A DNA stretch of 64,000 nt from the human T2T-CHM13v2.0 reference genome, Homo sapiens. Under the pieces are notes generated by a model that saw only the letters and a program-made list of their open reading frames with translations, was not told the origin of the DNA and did not search any database. This document shows positions 27,309-40,710 of this stretch, piece by piece. A program made the position numbers and the translations under genes. The stretch lies in NCBI RefSeq assembly GCF_009914755.1, contig NC_060929.1. One strand, given 5' to 3'. The stretch's first letter is position 1. Each line of letters opens with the position of its first letter.

Positions 27309-27626
27309 AACCAGGCACAGTGGCTCATACCTATAATCCCAACACCTTTGGAGGCTGAGGCCAAAGATCACTTGAGGCCAAGAGTTTGAGACCACCTTGG
27401 GCAACATAGTGAGACTTGTCTCTATAAAAAGTACAAAAATAAAAAATTAGCTGAATGTGGTGGTGCATGCCTATTGTCCCAGCTACTTGGGAGACTGAAG
27501 TAGGATGGTCACCTGAGCCACAGACTTCAAGGGTACAGTGAGTTATGATGACACGACTGCACTCCAGACAGTGACAGAGCAAGACCCCATCTCTAAAAAT
27601 AATTATTTTTAAGTAATAAAAAAAAG
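27309..27626 (+). mobile_element. AluJ (old, full length)
   Basis: GATCACTTGAGGCCAAGAGTTTGAGACCACCTTGGGCAACATAGTGAGAC and AGTGAGTTATGATG are AluJ-like; CpG-depleted. Confidence 0.92.
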
Positions 27627-27660
27627 AAAGACTTGTAGTTATCCAAGGAAAAAGGATGGG

Positions 27661-28046
27661 TGTATTAGTTTTTTAGGGCTGCTGTAACAAAATATTACAA
27701 ACTGGGCAGCTTATACAATAAAAATTTATTTTCTCATAGTTCTGAGGTTAAAAAGCCAAGATCAAGGTGTTGGCAAGTTTTGTGTCTTTTGAGGCCCCTC
27801 TCCTTGGCTTGTAGATAGCCACCTTCTTGCTATGTGCTTATAAGATCATTTCTCTGTGAATGCATCCCTGGAATCTCTTTCTCTTATAGGAACATCAGTC
27901 ATATTAGATTAAAAACTATCTCTCTACTGGTGTTATTTTAACTTAGTCTCCTTATCCTTATCCCAAAATGTGGTCACATTCTGAAGTACTAAGGATTAAG
28001 ACCTTCACATATGAAGTTTGCAGGGTACACAATTCAATTCATAACA
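27661..28046 (-). mobile_element. MLT1A0-like MaLR solo LTR
   Basis: TGTATTAGTTTTTTAGGGCTGCTGTAACAAAATA...CACAATTCAATTCATAACA; TSD ATGGG/ATGAG. Confidence 0.88.
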
Positions 28047-28234
28047 ATGAGCTTGGGGTAGAAAGTTTAATTCAATCAGAAAATGCAGTGCATAAAAAGG
28101 CCCCAAGGAAAGAGAATGTAGATGATTGCATAAAATTTATTATGGCTAGAGAGTAGATTTGGAGAGATCCAGGAAATGCAAGTGATGGTTTAAGGCAAGC
28201 TGGACCAGATTATAAAGTTTTTAAAGGCAAGTCG

Positions 28235-28690
28235 TTACTGAAATCCCTATTCTTCTCTTTTTCCTGGCACACAGTCAGACTTTCTCTCTCATGCTCTTTG
28301 TTAGATGTTGTTGTGGAACTGACTTCCAGCCAACACAATATGAATAAAATGCATAAGTATTATTTCTAAGCTTTTAAAAAATGGTGGTAGCTCATTTATC
28401 TACTTCCTTTCTTCCTTCCTTCCTTCTTTTCTTTTCTTTCTTTCCTTCCTCCCTTCCTTCGTTTCCTTCATTTCTGATGGCTAGAATCAGGTTATGAAGG
28501 CAATGTAGTACATGCCAGAATCAAAAGAGTGAAGGAATGTGAATTAGTATATAGAAGGGAACTGTCTAAAGAATCAGTAATTTCCACGTGGCTGATCTAT
28601 AAACAACAACAAAAAAACCTCTTCTGTTATTGAGCCATTGGCGTTTTGGGGTGTTTATTTGACACTATATCCTACTCCACCCATATGTAT
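28235..28690 (+). mobile_element. Old MLT1J-like LTR containing a (CCTT)n tract at 28404-28470
   Basis: GACTTCCAGCCAACACAATATGAA...TTGAGCCATTGGCGTTTTGGGGTGTTTATT. Confidence 0.55.
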
Positions 28691-29223
28691 CTATATAATT
28701 ATTCAATTTTCTAAAGACATTTTTAAAAATGTCTTTAGGAGTTTTAGAAAATTTAAAGGAGGAGTGACCTCATCAGTTCTATGAATTAGAAACTAGCCAC
28801 AGTGGGAAGTGTGGATTAAAGGGATATGACACCACAGAAAAATTGCAGTCTCAGTAATCATCATGAAATTTTAGTAGCCTGACCCAGTGAGTGGGGATTT
28901 ATAAACAGTGAATAGAATGATGAAATATTTTATTATAGAATCTATTTTCTGGCAACAAATTATTTATAATGTGGGAGAAATTCTAGAAGGAAAGAAGGAT
29001 TCTAGGGTAATATCCAAGTGTCTACATCCGCAATTTGTTGAATTAGATCTTGAGTAATGAGAGCTGGAGAAGTAGGCATAATGTATTCAATTTTGAGCTA
29101 ATTTTAGTGTCCACAGATCTTCTCTGTGGCGATCTGAGTGAGTTTGAGATACAGGTCTGTTTTCCATAAACTATCAAGAAGAAAAATACATATATAGTGT
29201 AATAAATTATAACTAATATTTTC

Positions 29224-29290
29224 TATATTACTCAAGGTTCTTTTGGGAAACAGAAGCAATAGGAGATAGATGACAGACAGACAGACAGAT

Positions 29291-29336
<46 letters not shown>

Positions 29337-29793
29337 AGCTTTGTTCTGGGAATTGACTCACATGTTTATGGAGACCAAGACGTCCTACACTGTACCATCT
29401 GTAAGCTACTGAACTAGGAAAGTCAGTGATGTAATTTATCCTGTGTCTAAAATCCTGAGAACCAGGAGATCCAATTGCTCTGGAGCTTGAAGGCCCAAGA
29501 ACGAGGAGCTTTGTTGTCAGAGGGCAGGAGAAAACGGGCGTGTTCAAGCGTAAGAAGAGAGAGAGAATTTGCTCCTTCTTCAGCTTTTTGTTCTTTCTGA
29601 GTACTCAATTGACTAGATGATACCCAACCCATCAGTGAAGTGGGATCTTTTTTATTCAGTCTGCTGATTCAAGTGCCCATCTCTCCTGAAAACACCCTAA
29701 TGGACACACCCAGAAATAACATTTTACCAGTTATTGGAGCATCCCTTAGTCTACCCAAATTAACACATAAAATTAACTATTATGTACACATAC
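29224..29793 (-). mobile_element. MLT2 (ERVL) solo LTR, MLT2C/D-like
   Basis: CAAGGTTCTTTTGGGAAACAGAAGCAATAGGAGAT...GACACACCCAGAAATAACATTTTACCAG...AACACATAAAATTAACTAT. Confidence 0.85.
29264..29335. repeat. Compound tetranucleotide STR GATA GAT (GACA)4 GAT (GATA)11
   Basis: Counted directly; (GATA)11 at 29291-29334. Confidence 0.95.
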
Positions 29794-30763
29794 GAAATTT
29801 ATGGAAAAACTTACCTTTGCAACACTCTACCAAAAGTAAACAGTACCTTCATTATTCTTGCCTCTGTGCTTTTCAGTGTGTTTGTTTATGTGTGTGTCTG
29901 CATGTGTGTTTCTGTGTGCACATATAATTCAGATTGCCTAGGGAAATTATTTGAAAACATTTGTTTGATTTTATTTGATATGAATTTAATTAATCTGTAT
30001 TATATTTGAAATTTTCTAAATAATCAATATTTTCACATAACGGGTATTCTATTCCATAATATGTTATACACCTCAATTTCTTTAGGTCTTATTTAATGTA
30101 TTTTAATCAATTTCTGTAATATTTTCCGTAATGGTCTTGTACACTTCTGTTAGATTCATTTATATTATCATTGCTGTTATAGCAAATGGCATGTGTGACT
30201 TTTAATAATATTTAATTATTTTGGTTTATAGAAATGCAGTTATTCTTTATGTTAATTTTGCAACCAGTATCTATGCTGAACTCTCCAATTCTAATAATTT
30301 ATGTATAGCATTTTATGAGTTTTTATGGAAACAATCACATTGCTTGTAAATGATAACATTTTTTCAAACTTTTCCAATCTTTGTATCTTATATCTCATTC
30401 ACCTTTGGGTAGCATTTCTAATGCAATATTAAATACAGTTAGAAATCCTTGCTTTGCTCTTGATCTTGAATTATCATTCTTTTAATATCTCATGATTAAG
30501 TATGATATTTGCTCCAGATTTTTGTGGATACCTATATTGTTGGAAAATACCCCTAGCTGCTGATGAAAACTTAACTTTCCCTGCTGCATGGGAATGAAGT
30601 TTTACCATGTTTTTCTATAATCTTGCAGTTAATTAAGCTATGTAACAAATCCCAGCAAATAAGCTGATTAAATGCGATGTGTATAATTTCAGGATTGTCT
30701 ATTAAAATTTCTCAAGGAAAATAAGCTTTTCCACACTCCTTGTCCCATCCCAAACACTTTTTA

Positions 30764-30893
30764 AGGGGTGACCATACAACCTAGACTGTCTAGAACAATA
30801 ATGACTTACACCTGGCATCCTAGAAACATTACTAATAGTTTTCCCACTCTTAGAGATGTCTTATTTTGAATAATACATTATATGGTCATTCTA
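30764..30893. mobile_element. MER94-like hAT-Blackjack MITE, nested in an old MLT1-like LTR (about 30540-31035)
   Basis: Terminal inverted repeats AGGGGTGACCATA ... TATGGTCATTCTA; about 130 bp. Confidence 0.7.
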
Positions 30894-31853
30894 TTTAAAA
30901 GCCACATGATGAGAGGTAAAGCAACTCAACACTGAGGTCTCTAAAGGAGAGCTGCTCAACAATGTGAATCCATGCTGAACTGTTAAATGAGTGAAAAATA
31001 AACATATTATTTTTAAATCTGTCATGCAATTTTATTTTCCTACAAGATTATCAGGATATGGAAATGTCCTTTGATTGGTAGATTAAAATTTTTGTCACAG
31101 ATGGTTTGAAATTTTATGAAAATATTATATTTTTCTGTTTATTAGGTAAACAGGAATTATTTTTCTTTTAATGTAATTAAATTACATTACTTAATTTTAT
31201 ACATTAAATCAACCTTGCATTTCTGGAATTAATCCAACTTTATTTCCAGGTTCATGATTCATACTGCAAGTCTTAATGTAAGAGTTTTACCTTCACAAAC
31301 ATGAATGAGATTAACATGTAATTTTCGTTTGGTAATGTCTTTATAGGCTTTACGTCAAGGTTGTGCTTGTATTCTAAAATAAGTTGAAGGCCCTGGAATA
31401 GTTTGAGTAGGATTACAATTATTTATTTCTTAAGTTTCTAATTATGTTTAAATCTCCATTATATCTTCCTCTTTGATCCACAAGTTTTAGGTTTCATGCT
31501 CAAATATCCGTATTTTTCCAGACATCTCTTTATTATTGATTTCTAATTTAATTGTGTTGTATTTGGGGTATGTTGTTAACATTTTGAATTTTGTTTAAGC
31601 TTCATTCACCAAACATTTATGAGGTCAATATTCTTAACTGGTCCAGTGTGCTTGAAAATAATACATATTCTTCACTGTGCTGTTTTAATGTATTATCATG
31701 TCACTCTTGTTATTTGTTATTTACACATTCTGTGTCATTTTTGAACTTTTGTCTGCTTGATGTATCAATTACTGATAGAGCTATATTTGATGAATTCACA
31801 GTAATAGAATATATTTTTATTTCCTTCCATGGCATTGTCAATTGCTGTTTTAT

Positions 31854-31900
31854 ACACACGCATGCACACACACACACACACACGCACACACACTCTCTCT
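31854..31900. repeat. (CA)n(CT)n microsatellite
   Basis: Seen directly. Confidence 0.88.
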
Positions 31901-33353
31901 CCATAAGGGATAGGTAAGTTGCCATGTAATTTTTCTCAACTCATTAAAAATTATTTAACCAACTTCCTCTGGTTTCTAGCACTCTAATTTTCCTTTTGGG
32001 TGAGCCATCTTTTCTTTCTCGGTGTTCAACAAGTCTTCTCTATATCTTTGGTATTATATGTTTGAATTTGTATGGGTCTAAATATGATTTCCTGTGTATT
32101 TCTGTGTTTCTCAGAGAAGGAGAAATGAATATAGTTTGAATGGCACTTTCTGAATCTGTAGATTTTGCAATTTCAGGAATACTATCATTCATTATTCCAT
32201 TATTCACTCTTTTTCCTTTTTACTCTGAAACTCTTAAATATATAGAGAATCTTCTTATTCTGTTCTCCATATTTCTTATCCTCTTTCATGTTTGTAATAT
32301 TTTTGTCTATCTGTGGCGACTTTGTGATTTTCCCCTCCCCTTGTGTTTTATTTAGAGTTCTAGCAGGAGAATAGATGCTATAGTGGATGCCTTGAGTAGG
32401 ATAGTGTTTGACTAACAGAGTAAATGCTTATGATACCTTGGAAGGGCTGTGATGACAAAGGTCAGTGATGCTGTCAATGGCTTTTAGAATATCCAAAAAT
32501 GTAGCAATTACTAGGAACTTTAGCCAATTATCTCACCTACATGAAACCCTAATGAAGAAGACTCAGGATGACATCTCTGGGAAGAGGCAGGATGATGCAG
32601 CTTTTGATCTTAGCCAATAAGATATTAAAACGACAAATTCTCAGGGGACACCACCACCAAAGGAAGTACTCTATTATCTAAGCTCTATCATCTACTAGAT
32701 TTGCTTTTATTCTCTCCTAGCAAAGATCTTAGAAAGGCAAAAGTAGTCCTTAGTATCCACTAACAATGTATATCCAGATGATGCTTACGTTGGCATATTA
32801 TTTTCTCGAATATTTTATGATTCATTTGTAACATGAGTTTATTATTTTGGACCCTTATTGGAGGAAAATTTGAGGCCAGGGTTGAAGGTAGGATATTGTA
32901 GAGAGAAATTGCTCCTGTTTCTAACGGTCATGTGGGAGCAATTCCACTTTAAATAAAACATACACAAAAGATTGCCTGACATCCAGATAGTGTGAATTTG
33001 GTAAGCAAAACTGTTGTGTGGATGACTTGCAATTACGACATCTTAAGAAAGCAATAGTTCCTCTCCTTAGAGCCAAAGTTTAGACAGACAATTTTTCTTG
33101 CAATCTTGAACTATGTGATTGGAGATAAGGCTGGGTAATTATAGTTCTAGTTAACCATTACAGTAAAGATTAAGTCTTCTTGGATCCAAGTTTACTGGGG
33201 CAAAGGGTTTCTTGTGAGCTTTTACACATTTCAGTAGTCTCCAGGCATTTTGTAAAAATAAGCTGAAAGTTAATAAAATTTATCAAATGTCATCAAGCCA
33301 AAAGTTTCATGCTCCTCTGACCTCAAATGCCCCTTTTATTTAGTTCATCTTCT

Positions 33354-33457
33354 CATTTAGCTTCTCGATATTCTATATTTCCTTTCCAAGTCATCAATTA
33401 ACTTACATTTAGCTTCTCGATATTCTATATTTCCTTTCCAAGTCATCAATTAACTTA
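33354..33457. repeat. Perfect 52-bp tandem duplication
   Basis: CATTTAGCTTCTCGATATTCTATATTTCCTTTCCAAGTCATCAATTAACTTA twice, identical (33354-33405, 33406-33457). Confidence 0.97.
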
Positions 33458-33820
33458 CAAGTATTTTATCCAACATTCTTTACATGTTTTCAGCATGATG
33501 ATGGGTACTTAATTTACCGAATTGCTACCAAAAGAAATCTATAGGTAAGTTTTTAAGTAAAGAAAAATTATACACCCCGATTTGTCATAAAATTGTCAAG
33601 GCATCTTATGATAGTAAAACTAGTTTCATCAAGATAATGAAAATTAAATGACATACAAAAATATTTTATTTACTAAGACAGATAAAATTTTTAGACAGAA
33701 GTACAAATGCTTATTTATACAAAAAGTATGTATGTGCTTGGCAGGCAGCCAACAACACTAACTTCTTGAATTTGACTCTCCACTTTCCTTAATATCAGTA
33801 TTTGTTGATTAATGCTAGTC

Positions 33821-34306
<486 letters not shown>

Positions 34307-34419
34307 TTAATGGAATCCTCAACTTTTGAATCCAAAACGGTGAGCTTCTCTTGATACTAAGCCTTACTCTTTCTCCTCAGCTAATTGCACAGGGTCTGCA
34401 ATGAATTGATGGGTGAGTA

Positions 34420-34880
34420 AAATTACTTTCCACTTAAAGCAAGTTAAATTCCACTCAAAACAATTAAAATTTAAGAACAAAAACATCTCACATAATAAAA
34501 TGTATAAAAGTAGAGCTGGTTAAATCCAGGCTTCATGACATTATCTAAGACCCAGATTATTTTAATCTTTTCATTTTGTTTTAATGATCATGTCCTTATT
34601 TTTCTCAAGCTAGCTCATCTCATGTTCCTAAGATGACTTTGCCACTTCCAGATGTCACATTTAAATATGACAAAGTTTAAAGTAGGAAGAAATTACAGGT
34701 CTCTTTTTTGAGAATGAGAAAACCTTTCCTAAAATTTCCCGGAGGAGTTTCTTTCTGATGTCATGGCAAGGTTTGTACTCTTGCAGATATGTTTTTACCA
34801 TTCACTGCAAAGGTAATCATATTCCCATTATGTGCTTAACCTAATTAGGATTTACAACTGAGCATTGCACTGAGGGATGA
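34420..34880 (-). mobile_element. Old MLT1K/L-like LTR
   Basis: AAGACCCAGATTATTTTAATCTTT...CCTAAGATGACTTTGCCACTTCCAGATGTCACAT...GAGAAAACCTTTCCTAAAA. Confidence 0.5.
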
Positions 34881-35129
34881 AATTGTACCAAAGTATGAAA
34901 ACATTTTAAAAATAGTGTTGATGTTAATGCATAAATGAAGAGAAAATATGTTTATTGGCAGATAACAGTAGAAAAATAAAATTATCAGTAGCATAAAATT
35001 TTAGAAGTTTTCAGTGAAGATTCTCTTCAATTATCTTTTCTCACACTGGAAATTGTTCAAGTTTGGTAGTAGCTGTAAAAGTAATTCATTACGTAGTATT
35101 TTCTATAGGCCTATCGTCATTTATATACA

Positions 35130-35310
35130 ATTTTCTTATGTAAACTTCAGGACAATTATATGAAATGTCCATTAGAATTGCCTACACTTTGTATATTAGG
35201 AAATAAGCTTCAGAGAGACTAAGCAACCTTTTCAAGGGCATAACAAATAAATGGAAACTTGAGTTTCTTGGCCCTCAAAAACAGTTTCTTTATCTACAGT
35301 TACAGCTTTC
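35130..35310 (-). mobile_element. MIR fragment
   Basis: AGGAAATAAGCTTCAGAGAGACTAAGCAACCTTTTCAAGGGCA is antisense MIR core. Confidence 0.55.
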
Positions 35311-36080
35311 CAAATGTATATAACAGTACATATTTAAGTACAGAAATGAATAACTAATAGTTCTGAAGTGAATAACATGTTTAAAGTATTTCAAACCAGC
35401 ACTCATTCATTGCAACAGATATCAATTTTTTCTAATGGCTAGAACCATCTAATTTGTATCTGAACAGGTGAAATTATCACATGTCAGTAAATGCTGTTCT
35501 TAATGAAAATGAAAACACTAGCTGTGCTTAAATTCTGGAGGTTTCATACTATGTGATGATTTTAATGTTCTGCAGGATGCAGATTCTAGGGTGCTTCCTA
35601 ACTTGATGACCTCTCTTTCAGCTGATCTTCTTGATGAAGAAATTTTCCAAAATAGAAAAATTATGAACAACTAAGCGTTTATGTGCTCATGTGTTCGCCC
35701 TCATTATTTCTGTGTAGTAAGGTATGTCAATGAAAGATCAAAAAAGGAGAATGCCTGTAATAGAGAAAAGGAGAGAGAGTGCAGATCCTAAGCAATATAA
35801 TTACATATATGTTTCTGAAGGAGTATCCTATCTTCTCTTTGGTTCCACTGATGATTGAGATTTTCCAGTTGGTGTTATGGAAACAGTTAAGCTTGCTCAT
35901 TAAAAATGCCTGCTGATCTTCATCTTAGAAATAAATAAAAGGGCTTAGAATTTTTTTCTTAGACTATTTCAAGTATTAGCCCACATTTTCTTAATATCAT
36001 GTAGAAGAGGAGCAGCTTATAAAACTACTGATAACTTCTGCATTAAGGGGGTGAAAACTGCAGATTTTATCAATGACCAC

Positions 36081-36434
36081 TGATAGGGTTTGGCTGTGTC
36101 CCCACCCAAGTCTCGCCTTGAATTGTAATAATCCCCAAGAGTTAAGGGTGGGGCCAGATGAACATAGCTGAATCATGGGGGCGGTTCTCCCATACTGTTC
36201 TCATGGTAGTGAATATGTCTCCCAAGATCTGATGGTTTTATGAATGGGAGTTCACCTGCACAAGCTCTCTTGCCTGCCGCTGTGTAAGATGTGACTTTGC
36301 TCCTCATTTACCTTCTGCCATGATACTGAGGCCTCCCTAGCCGTGTGGAACTGTGACTCAGTTAAACTCTTTTCTTTATAAATTACCAAGTCTTGGGTAT
36401 GTCTTTACTAGCAGTGTGAGAATGAACTAATACA
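36081..36434 (+). mobile_element. THE1C-like MaLR solo LTR
   Basis: TGATAGGGTTTGGCTGTGTCCCCACCCAA...GAACTAATACA; 354 bp; perfect 5-bp TSD ACCAC. Confidence 0.95.
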
Positions 36435-38432
36435 ACCACAGAATAGAACCAAATAGACACAAATAAAATATTTTATTCTGAGTTTCTTTCCTGCTTATCA
36501 ATTTTCAATTCTCTTTTTTTGTTTGGTTCTTTTTGGTTTCAATAGCTTTGAAAAGGAAAACTCCTCTTGGCTTCTTAGGTGTGATTTATAACAAACATTA
36601 AGTTTAAAATTAGTTTTTTGTTGAAATTCCCTGAGAGTTAAGTCCCCTTAGGAAATTAGTACCCTTAGTTGAACCTTCATGGTTGGTAGCAGATGAATTA
36701 TGGCCCAAAGAAAGACATTCATTAAGAGAAAGTTGAGAAGGATTGGGAAAATCAAGTCGAAGTAAGAAAAATATTCTGATTCAATTTGTTCAGCCAATTT
36801 CTAAAAAGATGTGTTTTCCCCTCCACACCAGAAAATGCATTTACTTTGGGGAAAAAAAATAACTCAAAAGGAAGAACATAGTTCTTTAACAGTCACATGC
36901 CTTCTTTATTTTCCTTGGGATAAAGTGAGCAGGCTGCCCTAGAGAGCTTAATTCAGTGGCTTTTATATTCTCTTCAATGACAGATTTTAGAATCTCATTC
37001 AAGACAAAATGAGGCATGGATAAAGCTAAAAAAGGAGACAAATGCAATCATTGAGAGAAATTACTCCTCAACTAACATTTACCTGTAGTTGAAATAATTT
37101 ATACCCAAGCTAATTTTTACAGTTGTAGAGTGACTAGTTTTTTTTTGTTACTGTTGAAAAATAGGTGGACAATGCTTTAAATGCATTCAGATATTATAAA
37201 TTAAAATAACATTTAGCCATAATTACTCTTTTAAAAAACTTTACAATAAACTAATTTTGATATAAACTTAGGTAAAAATTTATCTTAGAATAAGGTAATA
37301 ATCATATGAAGCTATATTATTGCTGACCTAGTAAATAAATGTTTGAGAGTCATTGGTTTTGTTCACAAGGTTATTTTACCTGAATTGGAAATGATACTCT
37401 GATAATGATCCTATCATACCTTCACCTAGTTTTCTTGGGTTTAGTAATAGTCTATAAATAGGCATAAAGAGTTTGGAATTGACTGGTTTGAGGCTAGAGG
37501 TTTTATAATATGGTAAAGAATATATAGTACCTATCTTATTGCTATCATGTTTTGACTAGTTGAAATAACTAACTACACTGTCTGAAGAATTGTGCTCATC
37601 TAACAGAGAGAGAGAGAAAGAGAAACCCCATTCTGTCTTCTTTGCATTATCAGAGTTAATTTCAATTTTCTTTTCAGGCAGAGTGTGTATAGTGGCTAAA
37701 GGTTTCAAGACTGTGTCATGATGCTTAGGTGAAAGTAGCAGATCAAGTGTTGGGGGAAATGTGGGAATCCCACTCTCAAAAATGATAATCTAAATGGGAA
37801 GCCTGAATTTCATTTTACTATCTCAAAGGGAAGGCACAGATTTAAGTTCAAATATTAGTGATTTAAGATATTTTTAAGCTTTGCTATTGCCCATCTGACA
37901 ATTACTTATATCTTCCCTTCCCCAGTACTGATTTACCTTAAGATCCATAATAAGAAAACTGTCTGGGTACTTCTGATGGGGATTCATTGTGGTCTTGAGT
38001 TTAGTTTGTAAAAAAGAGATTCCCCAGGCGAATGTGTCAGTGACTAAGACTTCTGGGGTGAAAAATAAGCAGCTGGCATAAAAGATCCTTCATTCGAGTA
38101 TAGAAGGAACGTCTGTGGAGATCATTTAACTCAGAAGTTACAAGAAAATCTTGAGAAGGATGAAGGGAAAAGGTAAAGTGACAAAAGTTTGGGGTATATA
38201 TTTGATACCAAGGCATTAGAATATACTTATTCTAGACCAACCCTCCCCTGTACAGGTTTGATCTTTAGAAGAGGGAAATAGGTTCCAAGCTATTACAATT
38301 TGGCCAAACACTATAAATTTTTGTTTGGAAATTTCATGAAACCTGAAAATGTTTTCATTTCTGAAGTTGACGAATAGCCTCTCCTGCATTTTTGTGCAAA
38401 GCCTGACCGCCTAGATTTCATCCTTATACCTG

Positions 38433-38796
<364 letters not shown>

Positions 38797-38980
38797 TAAA
38801 ATTCAAGTTACTTCAATCACTATTTGTAGGCTGATGAATTCCTATGCAAAGTTGCCAGTTTTTGCCAGTTTTTCTCTTTCTGTACAACTCCTGCAGGGAA
38901 ACTCCAGTCTCCTCAAATTAAACACACCTGAAGCTAAAATTTTCTTAAACACTCACCTAGCTCTAATTTTAGCCACTGTA

Positions 38981-39806
38981 TAGCAGGTCCTTCAATAACG
39001 TCATTCCATTTAATGTTATTTCCTTGTAATGCTGGGGAAAAAAAATGATTCTCGGCCAGCTACTGCTTGTGTGGAGTTTGCACATTTTCCGCATATCCAC
39101 ATGGATTTTCTCTGAGTTCTTGGAGTTTTTTTGACATCCTGAACCTGTGCATATGAAGCGAATTGGGTTGTCTACATGGTCCCAATCTGAATGGGGGTGG
39201 GTGTGAGTGTACTCTGCCAGGGGATAGTGTCCTGTCTAGGGTAGGTTTACACTTCGTGCTTTGAGTTGCCAGGAAAGGCTCTGGCCAACTGAGACTCTGA
39301 ACTGGAATAAGCAGATTGAAGAATTCATGAATGAACAAGTGAATACCAGTGATTGTGAAATAAAAATGTGTGAAGTCTGCAAGTGAGCCCACCATGTTTG
39401 TCATTTCTTTGTTTTTGGACTCTGTAGTGGTAGGGAGCTACTGTAAGGAGCAAAAACTCCTTACAGTTTTTGCCTTGCAAACATTTATTCCTTGACTTAA
39501 CCCCCAACTTCTGTGGTCACTGTCACATACTGATTCACCAAAAATTGGGTGAATAATTATGTAACATTTTATTCATCTTTCTTAAATGTATGTATAGCTC
39601 AAATTTATTTCAATGTTTAGTATTAGAAGTGTTTTTGGTCTTTATTTTGATGTTTGGTGATGGTTTTGTGACCAGAAATATTCTGTGGAAATGTAACTCT
39701 TGTTTATATGAATTAGCATATGGTAAAATTGGATCTGTGACATTTCGTCTCTCTTAAAGTTGCACTTTCCAGGAACCTATTGACGATGTTTAGTGAGAAC
39801 TCATTG
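38981..39806. mobile_element. MER6 (TcMar-Tigger non-autonomous DNA transposon), near full length
   Basis: TAGCAGGTCCTTCAATAACGTC ... GACGATGTTTAGTGAGAACTCATTG imperfect TIRs; TA on both flanks; 826 bp. Confidence 0.85.
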
Positions 39807-39897
39807 TACAATGTAAATATTGTATGGCTATGTATGTGCAAACACAATGAGATGACATATCTCAACTATACATTTTGAGTGTGAAATTATGTTTTAT

Positions 39898-40260
39898 TAT
39901 TTTAGTCTGTTTTGTGCTGCTGTAACAAAATATCTGAGAGTGGGTAATTTATAAAAAACATTAATTTATGTTCTCATGGTTCTGGAGTCCAAGATAAAGG
40001 TACTGACAGGTTCAGTGGTTTGGTGAGATCCACATCTTCTAAAGGGTAGGAACTCTGTGTGTTCACGTGGTAAAAGACAAAAGCGCAAGAAAACAAACTC
40101 CATTCAACAAACCCTTTTTAAAAAGCACCTAATCTCACTTATGAGGGTAAGGCCCTCAAAACACAGTCACCACCCAAAGGCCATACCTTCCAATACTGTT
40201 GCATTGGCAACTAAGTTTCAACATTCATTTGGAGGGGACAAAAGTTTTCAAACCATAGCA
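39898..40260 (-). mobile_element. MSTC/MSTD-like MaLR solo LTR
   Basis: TTAGTCTGTTTTGTGCTGCTGTAACAAAATATCTGAGAGTGGGTAATTTATAA...TCAAACCATAGCA. Confidence 0.85.
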
Positions 40261-40469
40261 AGTATCTGTTTAGATATTAACACTGTGTCAAGAATAGAAT
40301 ATAAGTTCATTAAGTGGTTGAATATTTGATGAGTAAAACAGAAAAAATTGAGATATACTCAATTTTGATATACTATACTATCTATACTGTGTGTAAGCAC
40401 TGATGGAAACAAAGTGAAGTCTAGATTTAGGAAGTTAAATCAAATAAGACAGAGGCTGTGAAAGAGCTT

Positions 40470-40710
40470 GGAAAAAGAACACATGTCCATTGCACAAATG
40501 GACAATCATGTGAAGAGACAGTGAGAAGGTGTTTAACCACAGGCCAAGGAGAGAGGCTAAAACCTATCCTTTTCTTATGGCTCTGAAAAAAAACTCATCT
40601 GTAGACACCTTGGTCTTGCATTGGTATCTTGCAAAATTGTGAGAAATTTCTCTTGTCTAGGACAAATTGTCTGCAGTATTTAGTTACGGTAGCCCCAGCA
40701 AATGAGTGCA
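40470..40710 (+). mobile_element. MLT1B/C-like LTR, 3' half
   Basis: CATGTGAAGAGACAGTGAGAAGG...GACACCTTGGTCTTG...GTTACGGTAGCCCCAGCAAATGAGTGCA. Confidence 0.75.

Larger units (their letters stand above)
27090..29190 (-). mobile_element. L2 relic fragmented by younger insertions (pieces about 27090-27300, 28050-28225, 28740-29190)
   Basis: CAACATTTATTATGTACT (antisense L2 tail) followed by purine-rich L2-like segments between the nested elements. Confidence 0.5.
29800..32340 (-). mobile_element. Ancient L1M/L1ME fragments (antisense ORF2), interrupted at about 30540-31035
   Basis: T-rich antisense L1 landmarks, e.g. GGTCTTGTACACTTCTGTTAGATT, AACCTTGCATTTCTGGAATTAATCCAAC, TTATTGATTTCTAATTTAATT. 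Confidence 0.65.

Noticed and set aside
29104-29547. 147-aa ORF with YLSI repeats
   Set aside because: Read-through of the MLT2 LTR and the (GATA)n STR
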